From the NCBI GenBank assembly GCA_903897805.1, contig CAIUCV010000021.1, positions 1 through 61,435 on the forward strand: a DNA stretch of 61,435 nt, read 5' to 3'. Position numbers and translations under genes: made by a program. Position 1 is the first letter of the stretch. Every line of letters begins with the position of its first letter. Of this stretch, positions 30,673 to 38,935 are shown piece by piece. The notes beneath the pieces are model-generated. The model had not been told where the DNA came from. It made no database searches and saw only the letters and a program-made list of their open reading frames with translations. The DNA comes from Candidatus Yanofskybacteria bacterium. Its GTDB lineage: Bacteria; Patescibacteriota; Minisyncoccia; 2-02-FULL-40-12; IGHO2-01-FULL-4-A.

Positions 30673-30828
30673 GGATCGGCAATGCCTTCTATCACCACTT
30701 GAATCCCCAGCGAGGATTCTGCATTCCGTCAAAATTGTGGATTCTGGTTTTGTTGAAAAGAGATATTTTAACAAAACCAGACCGTGCAATCACACAATTT
30801 TGACGGTGCTATAAGGCATTGCCGATCC
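30673..30828 (+). repeat. Long structured palindromic element, family A copy 2
   Basis: 16-bp terminal IR GGATCGGCAATGCCTT/AAGGCATTGCCGATCC. Core blocks are shared with the reverse complement of 6834-7000. Confidence 0.85.
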
Positions 30829-30841
30829 TATACAGCCAAAT

Positions 30842-31705
30842 ATGAAGACGTTGCAACAATACTTCCAAGAAGCAAAAACCGGCAAATGGGCAATCGGGCA
30901 TTTTAATTTCTCAACGGCGGATCAGTTAAGGGCAATTGTGGAAGCGGCCGCCGAACTCAAAGTGCCGGTGATGGCGGCAACATCTGAAGGCGAAGCCGAT
31001 TTTGTCGGACGCGACCAAGCGGTGGCTCTCGTTCAATCTTATCAAAAGGAGGGTCACGACGTTTTTCTTAACGCCGACCATCATAAAAGCTGGGAAACGA
31101 TTAAGGCGGCGATTGATGCTGGTTACGACTCTGTTCTCATCGACGCTTCTAAATTGCCTTATGAAGAAAACATTGCTCTGACGAAAAAGGTGGTTGACTA
31201 TGCGCGGGAAGTTGCGAAATCAAGCGGAAGAGAAATTCCAGTAGAGGGGGAGCTGGGGTATTTGAAGGGCAGTTCCGAAGTCCAGAAAAAAGTTGAAATC
31301 AGCAGGGAGGATTATACGAAACCGGAGGAGGCAAAAGATTTTGTTACCCGCACAGGCATAGACCGGCTGGCAATAGTTTTCGGTAACATTCACGGCATTG
31401 TAACCGAGCAAGAGGAGCATTTGGACATTGAAACGCTGAAAAATGTTACTGCGGCCGTACCTGAAATGCCGCTAGTTTTGCATGGGGCTTCGGGGTTAAA
31501 AGACGAGGAAGTAAAAGATGCGATTGCGAACGGGATAAGCAATGTCCATATCAATACTGAATTGCGCGTAGCATATCATGAAGCGTTGGAAGGGGAGTTG
31601 GAAAAAGAACCCAGCCAGACCACGCCGTATAAATTCCTTGAGCCCTCGTACGAGGCGACTAAAAAGATAGTTTTGGAGAAACTCAAACTTTTTAATAATT
31701 TGTAG
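30842..31705 (+). CDS. fba: Class II fructose-bisphosphate aldolase
   Basis: ADH, VEGELG, FGNIHG, LVLHGASG and HINTELR. Confidence 0.93.
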   Translation: MKTLQQYFQEAKTGKWAIGHFNFSTADQLRAIVEAAAELKVPVMAATSEGEADFVGRDQAVALVQSYQKEGHDVFLNADHHKSWETIKAAIDAGYDSVLIDASKLPYEENIALTKKVVDYAREVAKSSGREIPVEGELGYLKGSSEVQKKVEISREDYTKPEEAKDFVTRTGIDRLAIVFGNIHGIVTEQEEHLDIETLKNVTAAVPEMPLVLHGASGLKDEEVKDAIANGISNVHINTELRVAYHEALEGELEKEPSQTTPYKFLEPSYEATKKIVLEKLKLFNNL

Positions 31706-31720
31706 AAAACAAAAGGCCGC

Positions 31721-32185
31721 CTAGTGGCGGTCCTCTCTTTCGGCCTTTTTAACCAGGGCGGCAAAGAAATCGCGCAAGTCATTTGCCGTTTTTTGGTCTT
31801 CCTCGCCCAGCGGAACTGAAGGTTGCTTGGCAAACCCCTCGTTTAATGGGACGGTGGGTTGGCTTTCTAAGCTTTCCAGAAATTTCGCGAATCTGCGAAA
31901 ATGACCATCGGCCTCTTTTCTCGTGTGAGTTCTCAAATCAGGGCAGTTATTCAGGACATTCCACGCAATAACATGAGCATTTAATTGGGCCGGCCAATTG
32001 TCAAAGTGAGAGCCAGTTTTCCGGCCCAAGACAACCTTGAAAAACAGCTGGGCGTCATGGAGTACGCCAAGAGGTATCTTTATCTTTTGGCCCTTTATAA
32101 TTTGATCAAGACGCATTTCCATGACCGCGGCCGGATATAACCAATGCTTTGCCCCAACCACGCCGACAGAAATAGTGCGCGACAT
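31721..32185 (-). CDS. Hypothetical protein
   Basis: AGGAGG RBS before ATG 32185, with its own TTGACA...TATACT promoter. Confidence 0.6.
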   Translation of the reverse strand: MSRTISVGVVGAKHWLYPAAVMEMRLDQIIKGQKIKIPLGVLHDAQLFFKVVLGRKTGSHFDNWPAQLNAHVIAWNVLNNCPDLRTHTRKEADGHFRRFAKFLESLESQPTVPLNEGFAKQPSVPLGEEDQKTANDLRDFFAALVKKAEREDRH

Positions 32186-32267
32186 CTCTTTCCTCCTTGT
32201 TTTCAAAAACCTGCCAGCAGTATAGAAAACTCCATCTCGGCTGTCAACACGGCACTTTTGGGCTCTA

Positions 32268-33335
32268 TCATATTTTTATTTCCACCACGTCTCCTTCTTG
32301 GATAATATAATCTCGGCCAACGGTGCGCATTTTCCCCAAACTTTTTGCTTGCGACCAGCCGCCGATTTTAAGCAATTCCTGCCAATTTATAACTTCAGCG
32401 CGGATGAATAATTTTTCAAAATCGGTGTGAATCGCCCGCGCCGCTTGAGGTATAGGCATACCTATTTTTGCCGTCCAGGCGCGGGTCTCATCTTCACCGG
32501 TCGTAAGGAAGGTGATAAGGCCAAGCGTGTGGTAGGCCCTTTTTATCAGCGCGTCCAACCGGCTTTCTTTTAATCCCGTTTCTTCAAGGTAGATTTGCTG
32601 TTCTTCGGGGTTTGATTCGGAAAGAAGCAACTCAAACGTACCGCACATTGCCACAAAATCATTTTCGCCGATTGCTTTTTTAAGATTCTCATCTGGCGAC
32701 CAATTCTCTTTGAGCTGAGCCTCGGAAACATTAAGGACATAAATGAATTTTTTGTTGGTCAGGAGATTTAATTCCCGGGCCGTTTCTTTTTCTTTTTCAT
32801 CCAGCTTTATATTTATTGCCAGAATGCCCGATTCAAGGCCCGATTTAAGTTTTTTCAGGGCCGAGATTTCACTTGCCGATTTTTGGTCTCCCTTTGGTGC
32901 TTTTTCAGCCCGCCGACCCACCGTTTCCAGGTCAGCTAATATCAATTCAGCGTCAATGATTTCTATGTCGTTGGCAGGATCTATTTTTTTGTGGACGTGA
33001 ACGATATTTTCATTTTCAAAAACTCTTACCACTTCAGCGATGGCGTCCACTTCGCGGATATTGGCAAGAAACTTATTACCCAACCCCTCGCCAGCCGCCG
33101 CCCCCTTGACTAGCCCCGCAATATCTATGAATTCAATTGCAGTCGGCACTATTTTTTTTGAACCGGACATTTTGACCAACGGCTCAAGCCGTTCGTCGGG
33201 CACGGCAACGACGCCGATATTCGGGTCAATCGTTGTGAAGGGATAATTTGAAATATCAACTTGTTTTTTTGTCAGGGCCTTGAAAAGCGTTGACTTTCCT
33301 ACATTAGGCAAACCGACTATTCCGATTTGTAGCAT
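32268..33335 (-). CDS. ychF: Redox-regulated ATPase YchF
   Basis: [40 protein letters not shown] and a TGS domain. Confidence 0.97.
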   Translation of the reverse strand: MLQIGIVGLPNVGKSTLFKALTKKQVDISNYPFTTIDPNIGVVAVPDERLEPLVKMSGSKKIVPTAIEFIDIAGLVKGAAAGEGLGNKFLANIREVDAIAEVVRVFENENIVHVHKKIDPANDIEIIDAELILADLETVGRRAEKAPKGDQKSASEISALKKLKSGLESGILAINIKLDEKEKETARELNLLTNKKFIYVLNVSEAQLKENWSPDENLKKAIGENDFVAMCGTFELLLSESNPEEQQIYLEETGLKESRLDALIKRAYHTLGLITFLTTGEDETRAWTAKIGMPIPQAARAIHTDFEKLFIRAEVINWQELLKIGGWSQAKSLGKMRTVGRDYIIQEGDVVEIKI

Positions 33336-33383
33336 AGGCCAATAATATCAAAAAACCCAATAAAAACCAAGGTTTTTCTACAA

Positions 33384-33412
33384 TTGACAAATAAATATAA
33401 AAGGAGTATAAT
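33384..33412 (+). promoter_or_regulatory. Consensus sigma70 promoter of the DGR target gene
   Basis: TTGACA (33384-33389), N17, TATAAT (33407-33412). Confidence 0.8.
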
Positions 33413-33575
33413 TAAGGTATAACAATAAAGTTCTTTTATACTAAAACTTACAATTTTGCCACAGCAGAGAGCGCCTTGGGCGGACTTTCTCTGCTGTGGC
33501 AAAGCGAAGGCTGAGCCAAATCAAAACAGCGCAACGGACGTGTTCCGAAAGAACGTGTCCAAAGGAGAACGTGTC

Positions 33576-34253
33576 ATGTTTGACAAGTTTACTTTCAGTA
33601 GTGCCGGTGAAGTTCAAGAGGTAGAATTCGCTCTAGCTAGGGCGTGCTATACCCACCCCGAGGTCAAAGAGTTGTCGAAGGGCGATCTCTTGGGCCAGGT
33701 CCGCCAAATCATCCTTGGCCAAGCCGTAATCAAGCCGGTGGCCGAGGATGCCACTCGGGAGATCACTCTCAACGAAACCACGATCGTGGTGAACCTTGGT
33801 GCCGCACCTAAGCTACCATTCAATGGAGCAGAGGTCGAGAGCCACGCCGGCGAGGGTTGGGCTATCGTCGAGAAGAGTCCCGACGGATTGTATGTGAACG
33901 GCCGCAAGGTCGTATTGCATCTGTCCCGTCGGCAGCAGAATGGCAAGTCGCTCAAGGGCTACGAGCTTCGTGAAGAGCTGACGGGTAAGCCCGTACTCAA
34001 CGCGAATCTGCTCGACACGCTCGCAGACAACTCCCACCTCATACCCGAGGACTGGAAGAAGGACGAGCAGGGTAACACCCGCTACATCTTCTTCTGGGGC
34101 ACCATTTACCGCAGCTCGCGCGGCCACCTCTGTGTCCGCTATCTGTATTTCCACGTTGGGATGTGGGATCGGTACTACGACTGGCTTGACTACGACTGGC
34201 ACGGCAGCCGCCCCGCGGCTCTGCTCGCAAGTAGTAGGTCCTTGGACTTTTGA
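33576..34253 (+). CDS. DGR target (variable) protein with C-terminal VR; C-type-lectin-like fold suspected
   Basis: AAGGAG RBS before ATG 33576 gives 225 aa. The VR encodes YRSSRGHLCVRYLYFHVGMWDRYYDWLDYDWHGSRPAALLA at the C terminus. Confidence 0.92.
   Translation: MFDKFTFSSAGEVQEVEFALARACYTHPEVKELSKGDLLGQVRQIILGQAVIKPVAEDATREITLNETTIVVNLGAAPKLPFNGAEVESHAGEGWAIVEKSPDGLYVNGRKVVLHLSRRQQNGKSLKGYELREELTGKPVLNANLLDTLADNSHLIPEDWKKDEQGNTRYIFFWGTIYRSSRGHLCVRYLYFHVGMWDRYYDWLDYDWHGSRPAALLASSRSLDF
34107..34230 (+). repeat. DGR variable repeat (VR)
   Basis: 124-nt ungapped match to 34623-34746 with 16 mismatches, each opposite a TR adenine. The 3' 20 nt (CCCCGCGGCTCTGCTCGCAA) are identical. Confidence 0.98.
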
Positions 34254-34338
34254 ACCTTGGGTCCTCTTGGACCCTTGGAACTTGGTCCTTGGAGCCGGCA
34301 ATTTTGCCGAAACGCTTTCCAGATATGCGTTCAACTGG

Positions 34339-34378
34339 AACCCTGCATGAAGTCTTGTGCGGGGTTTTTACTTTTTGA
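34339..34378 (+). terminator. Probable intrinsic terminator after the DGR target gene
   Basis: AACCCTGCA...TGCGGGGTT followed by TTTACTTTTT. Confidence 0.55.
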
Positions 34379-34622
34379 TTTAATTTTGTGTTAAGATGTG
34401 TTTGGCAGTAGGCGAATATGTGGGAGATTACGGTTTCCTGCTGCCGAACCCAGTATCCATACATTGAGAATATCTCCGACCAAGGTTTGAGATAGAGTGA
34501 TGTATGCAGAAACTTCAAAAATGAAGCTACTTGGTATAGGATGCTAGGGCATTACGATGCCGAATACGATACAGCCTTGAGAGTTATTCAATGGGCAGTG
34601 GCAAGGAAGGCATTCTATACGC

Positions 34623-34746
34623 AACCGCAACTCGAACGGCAACCTCTATGTCCGCTATCTGTATTTCAACGATGGGATGTGGAATCGGAACTACAACTGG
34701 CTTGACAACGACTGGAACGGCAACAACCCCGCGGCTCTGCTCGCAA
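34623..34746 (+). ncRNA. DGR template repeat (TR)
   Basis: AAC-rich copy of the VR, with 12 AAC/AAT codons in the VR-equivalent frame. A hairpin CTCTCCC-TTATT-GGGAGAG follows at 34759-34777. Confidence 0.97.
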
Positions 34747-34752
34747 CTTACT

Positions 34753-35112
34753 TCATTTCTCTCCCTTATTGGGAGAGTTTTGTTTTTGTAGCTGGCCATA
34801 CCAGCCACCGAGCATCCTGCCAATCTCGTCTATTTTTACGGATAGAGCTATATATTTCTTATTGTCCAAAGACTTGGTTTCCCAGAGTATCATCAAGAAT
34901 ATTTTTAATGTATCAACTTTTCTTATTGCTAGGCGGACATACGGTAGCTTTTCTTCACGCACCAAGAAACTAGCGGTTGCCAGTGCTTCTATGATTTCAA
35001 CGAAGAGAGCATCAATTCTGACGCCAAGCGAGTGCCTATGTGTTTTGGGTATAATTTGATAATATTCATACCAAAGCAAATAAGCACTTTTTACTTTCTG
35101 AAGCAGAGGCAA
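34753..35112 (-). CDS. avd: Avd-like accessory variability determinant (four-helix bundle); true start may be ATG 35168 across a C12 tract
   Basis: Basic helical protein of ~120 aa with IPKTHRHSLGVRID and a C-terminal EIGRMLGGW motif, adjacent to TR and RT. Confidence 0.88.
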   Translation of the reverse strand: MPLLQKVKSAYLLWYEYYQIIPKTHRHSLGVRIDALFVEIIEALATASFLVREEKLPYVRLAIRKVDTLKIFLMILWETKSLDNKKYIALSVKIDEIGRMLGGWYGQLQKQNSPNKGEK

Positions 35113-35147
35113 GAGCTGGGGGGGGGGGGCTTAGAAGAGGTATTTTT

Positions 35148-36137
35148 ATGAAAATCCAATTGGCTCATAATTATGAGTATATCATTTCTCTTGAAAATCT
35201 CCTTAATGCATGGAAGGAGTTTATTAAAGATAAAAAATTAAGGAAAGATGTGCAAATTTTTGAACTGGATCTGATGGGCAATATCATTTCGCTCCACAAC
35301 GATCTTGCCGCCAAAATATATAAGCATTCACCGTATCAGCCATTCAATATCTCAGATCCCAAGCCAAGAAAAATACACAAAGCTAGCGTCAGGGATCGGC
35401 TATTGCACCACGCTATATATCGGGCACTCTATCCATTTTTTGACAGAACTTTTATATCCGATTCTTATTCTTGCAGACTAAACAAAGGGACGCACAAAGC
35501 CATAAATAGGTTCTGTAATTTTGCATATAAGGTATCACAAAATCATAAGAAAACTGTGTGGGTTCTCAAGTGCGATATTAAAAAGTTTTTTGCTTCAATT
35601 GACCAAGATATTCTAGCCGAAATCATTAGAGATTATATACCCGACCCAGATATTGTCTGGCTTATCTCTCGAATCATCAGGAGCTTTTACTCAACGAATA
35701 TTGGTGTCGGTTTGCCCTTGGGAAATCTAACCTCACAGCTTCTGGTTAATATCTATATGACTAGGTTTGACCAATTTGTGAAGCATACACTAAAGGCAAA
35801 ATACTATATCCGCTATGCTGACGACTTTGTTATTTTATCTCCAGACAAAAAATGGCCTGAGGAAACAATTCCAAAAATCAGAGATTTTTTATGGAATAAA
35901 CTTCATCTTCAGCTACATCCAGATAAAGTATCAATTCAAACACTAACATCTGGTGTCGATTTTCTCGGTTGGGTGCACTTTCCAAACTACAGGGTTTTGA
36001 GGACCACAACCAAAAAGAGAATGTTTAGGAATATAAAAAATAAACAAGGGAATATAAATACGGTGCAATCTTATCTTGGGCTTATTAGTCATGGAAACTC
36101 AAGAAGATTAGAAGCAAGATTAGGGATTACCGATTGA
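35148..36137 (+). CDS. DGR reverse transcriptase
   Basis: 329 aa with RDRLLHHA, SYSCR..KGTH, LKCDIKKFF.SI, GLPLGNLTSQ, YIRYADDF and GVDFLGW. No maturase or endonuclease tail. Confidence 0.97.
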   Translation: MKIQLAHNYEYIISLENLLNAWKEFIKDKKLRKDVQIFELDLMGNIISLHNDLAAKIYKHSPYQPFNISDPKPRKIHKASVRDRLLHHAIYRALYPFFDRTFISDSYSCRLNKGTHKAINRFCNFAYKVSQNHKKTVWVLKCDIKKFFASIDQDILAEIIRDYIPDPDIVWLISRIIRSFYSTNIGVGLPLGNLTSQLLVNIYMTRFDQFVKHTLKAKYYIRYADDFVILSPDKKWPEETIPKIRDFLWNKLHLQLHPDKVSIQTLTSGVDFLGWVHFPNYRVLRTTTKKRMFRNIKNKQGNINTVQSYLGLISHGNSRRLEARLGITD

Positions 36138-36169
36138 GAGCATAGAGTAGTATAATTATTAAAAACGCA

Positions 36170-36313
36170 GTCGTAATGCCTTTTGGGCATTCCAGCGAGC
36201 GGATTGCTTGGTTAATTTTTGATATAATGTTTCGGCATCAAAAATTAAATCCGTGAGCTGAAATAGCGTAGCCGCCGCTGGAGCGGCGGAGCGTGCCCAG
36301 AAGGCATTATGAC
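36170..36313. repeat. Long palindromic element directly downstream of the RT
   Basis: GTCGTAATGCCTTTTGGGCA ... TGCCCAGAAGGCATTATGAC with internal hairpins. Confidence 0.78.
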
Positions 36314-36337
36314 GGAGTTTGTAATTTAATTCAAGAA

Positions 36338-37606
36338 ATGAAGTTCAATCCCGAAATTTTTAGGGATTACGATATCAGGGGCGTCTATGGCAAAGATTTT
36401 GACGCCAGTTTCGCCTTTCAATTGGGCGGGGCCTTTGTCCGCTATTTAAACCGCAAGAAGTTTCTGGTGGCGCGGGACGGGCGGGATTTTTCTCAAGCGC
36501 TTGCGGAATCGTTGATCGAAGGTATTACAAGTGCTGGCGGAGACGTTGAATATATCGGGCTTGCCTCGCTCCCGTTTTTTTATTTTGTCCTGGAAAAGCT
36601 GGGAGTAGATGGGGGAGTGATGGTAACGGCATCGCACAATCCTCCGGAATATGGAGGTTTCAAACTTTTTCGCGGAGACGGTTCTCAAATAGATTCAGAA
36701 AGCGGCCTTTCTGTCGTGGAACAGCTATTGGCCACAGGCGGGGAAATTTCTAGGTACGGCGGCCGTGTCGGCAAAAGTCAGGCGGGAGAGCTCAAAAGAA
36801 AATACACCGAATATGCCAAAAAGGAATCCGGCTTCAATCCAGCCGACATTAAGGGCTTGAAAGTAAAAATTAAAGGGGAGGGAATAGGCGCCGAAGAGGC
36901 AAAGATCTTGTTGAGCGATATCGGAATTTCGCGCGATGAGGCACAATTTGACATTGCGTTTTCATTTGATGGCGATGCCGACAGATTGATTGTGCTGAAT
37001 GGAGCCGACGAACAAATACTGCCCGATTTCATATTGGGCCTCATCGTTAAGGATAAGAGAGGATTCTTTTCCAAACCAAAAGTGGTTCATGCCCTTAATT
37101 TTTCAAAAGGAGTGCTGGAAAAATTTGAGGGGTGGGGGGTTAAAACTTACGAATCAAAAGTCGGAAGGCCGCACATCAGAGAGCTTATGGTGAAACACCA
37201 CGCCGATTACGGCGGAGAATTATCGGGTCACATCTTATTTAAGAATAATAATTATTGCGAGTTGCCATTGGAGGCGATGCTGACGATTTTGAAAATTATA
37301 GCCAGGACGGACAAGGACATAGACCAACTCGTTGAAGAATTTAAAACCTGGTTTAATTCCGGTGAGATAAATATAGGATCAGAAAACCCGGGAAAAAATA
37401 TGGCGAACTTGGTACCACTATTAAAAGAAAAATATACCGACGGAAGATATAAAGAATTAGATGGATTGACCGTGGAATATCCTGACTGGTGGTTTAATTT
37501 GCGGCCATCCAACACAGAACCGATTTTGCGATTGGTCGTTGAAGCGAAAACAAAAAACCTTCTCAATGAGAAGGTGGGAGAAATAATGAAAATTGTGGAG
37601 GTCTAG
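36338..37606 (+). CDS. Phosphomannomutase/phosphoglucomutase
   Basis: IFRDYDIRG, VTASHNP, FDGDADR, GGELSGH and RPSNTEP. Confidence 0.95.
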   Translation: MKFNPEIFRDYDIRGVYGKDFDASFAFQLGGAFVRYLNRKKFLVARDGRDFSQALAESLIEGITSAGGDVEYIGLASLPFFYFVLEKLGVDGGVMVTASHNPPEYGGFKLFRGDGSQIDSESGLSVVEQLLATGGEISRYGGRVGKSQAGELKRKYTEYAKKESGFNPADIKGLKVKIKGEGIGAEEAKILLSDIGISRDEAQFDIAFSFDGDADRLIVLNGADEQILPDFILGLIVKDKRGFFSKPKVVHALNFSKGVLEKFEGWGVKTYESKVGRPHIRELMVKHHADYGGELSGHILFKNNNYCELPLEAMLTILKIIARTDKDIDQLVEEFKTWFNSGEINIGSENPGKNMANLVPLLKEKYTDGRYKELDGLTVEYPDWWFNLRPSNTEPILRLVVEAKTKNLLNEKVGEIMKIVEV

Positions 37607-37830
37607 AACCCCAAAGCTCCAATGAGCCGCGGGACAAATGGAGGCTGGTCGTATTTCTTCTTGCACTTTTCACATTGATAGCCGACAAGAAGTCCGGGGC
37701 CATATAAAAGTTCTCCGCTTTCAGTAAATCTCGCTTTTAATATTTCAACAATATCTCCGCCGCAGACATTACCAAGACCAAAGAATCTTTTTCTAGTGCA
37801 TTTACTGACTATTCTCGGGTAACAGCCCAT
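37603..37830 (-). CDS. Small Cys-containing hypothetical protein
   Basis: GGAGG RBS and C...CGG...CEKC, directly downstream of trpS. Confidence 0.55.
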   Translation of the reverse strand: MGCYPRIVSKCTRKRFFGLGNVCGGDIVEILKARFTESGELLYGPGLLVGYQCEKCKKKYDQPPFVPRLIGALGF

Positions 37831-37838
37831 GCTTCCTC

Positions 37839-38822
37839 CTATAGACCCATTTTTTGCTTGACCTCTGTCAAGGTACTGCTGGCTATAATTCTAGCTTTTT
37901 CTTCGCTTTCCATCAAGACATCCTCAACATAGGTCAAATCGCTCTCTAACTCTTTACGTTTTTCTTGGAAGGGTTTCAGGAAATTAACAACTACTTCAGC
38001 TAAGTCGTTTTTGAACTCTGAATAGTTTTTGCCGCCGTATTTTTTCTCAATTTCCTTGACGCTATTTTGTGATAACAAGTGATAAACCGTCATTAAGTTA
38101 GAAATTGCCGGCTTTTTGTCCGGATCAAAAACTATTTCTTTGCCGGAATCTGTCACCGCTTTTTTTATTTTCTCGCGAATCTCATCCGGGTTGTCGGAAA
38201 GCGCTATGCCCTCATCGCCGGTTTTAGACATTTTTTTAATTGGGTCTTGTAAAGACATAATCCGAGTCCCCATTGCCAAATACGGTTTTACCGGTTCAAA
38301 AGTTTGGCCGAACATTGAATTGAATTTTTTCGCGACCTCATTAGTTAAATCTATGTGCGGCAACTGATCCTCGCCTACGGGCACGAGATTTGACTTGTAA
38401 AGCAGAATATCAGCAGCCATCAAGATAGGGTAATCCAATATGCCCATATGATTATATCTTCCACCGGTTTCTCCCAGTTTCTCTTTGTAGGTCGGGAGGC
38501 GATCCAGCCAGCTTACCGGCGTAATTGTATTAAAAATCCATGCGAGCTCGGTATGCTCCGGGACTTTTGACTGGCGGATAAGCAGAGATTTTTTGGGGTC
38601 AATGCCAGCGGCGAGAAAATCCAAGGCCGTATCCATAATCTGTTGGTGATATGTTTTTGGGTCAAACGGCGTTGTAATGCCGTGATAATCCACTACGGCA
38701 AAAACTGCCCGTTCCGTATCCGGTTTATCCTGTAATTCTATCCAGTTTTTTATCGCCCCTAGGTAATTACCCAAATGCAGTTTCCCCGAAGGGCGAATCC
38801 CGGAAAAGATTTTATTTGGCAT
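37839..38822 (-). CDS. trpS: Tryptophan-tRNA ligase
   Basis: SGIRPSGKLHLGNY, YPILMAADIL, VPVGEDQ and KMSKT. Confidence 0.97.
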   Translation of the reverse strand: MPNKIFSGIRPSGKLHLGNYLGAIKNWIELQDKPDTERAVFAVVDYHGITTPFDPKTYHQQIMDTALDFLAAGIDPKKSLLIRQSKVPEHTELAWIFNTITPVSWLDRLPTYKEKLGETGGRYNHMGILDYPILMAADILLYKSNLVPVGEDQLPHIDLTNEVAKKFNSMFGQTFEPVKPYLAMGTRIMSLQDPIKKMSKTGDEGIALSDNPDEIREKIKKAVTDSGKEIVFDPDKKPAISNLMTVYHLLSQNSVKEIEKKYGGKNYSEFKNDLAEVVVNFLKPFQEKRKELESDLTYVEDVLMESEEKARIIASSTLTEVKQKMGL

Positions 38823-38935
38823 GATTTCATTGTAGCAGAAACTTGAGAGAAAGCCACCTATTAACAACTTGACAATGCCCGAAAAAATCCCATACTAAAG
38901 TTGAGTTGTTTAAAATATAGAGAGGGGGGATAATT

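Larger units (their letters stand above)
33384..36137 (+). mobile_element. Diversity-generating retroelement: target(VR)+, TR+, avd(-), RT+
   Basis: VR/TR pair with adenine-only mismatches, an Avd-like gene and a DGR-type RT, all within 2.8 kb. Confidence 0.97.

Noticed and set aside
34584-35059. ORFs overlapping the TR (34591..34791, 34677..34973, 34584..34823, 34769..35059) as genes
   Set aside because: They are shadows of the TR and of avd, and lack an RBS or recognisable domains.
35148-36137. RT as a group II intron, retron or CRISPR-associated RT
   Set aside because: It is short, has no maturase or endonuclease tail, has SQ rather than SP in the GxxxS motif, and lies next to an adenine-specific TR/VR pair and avd.
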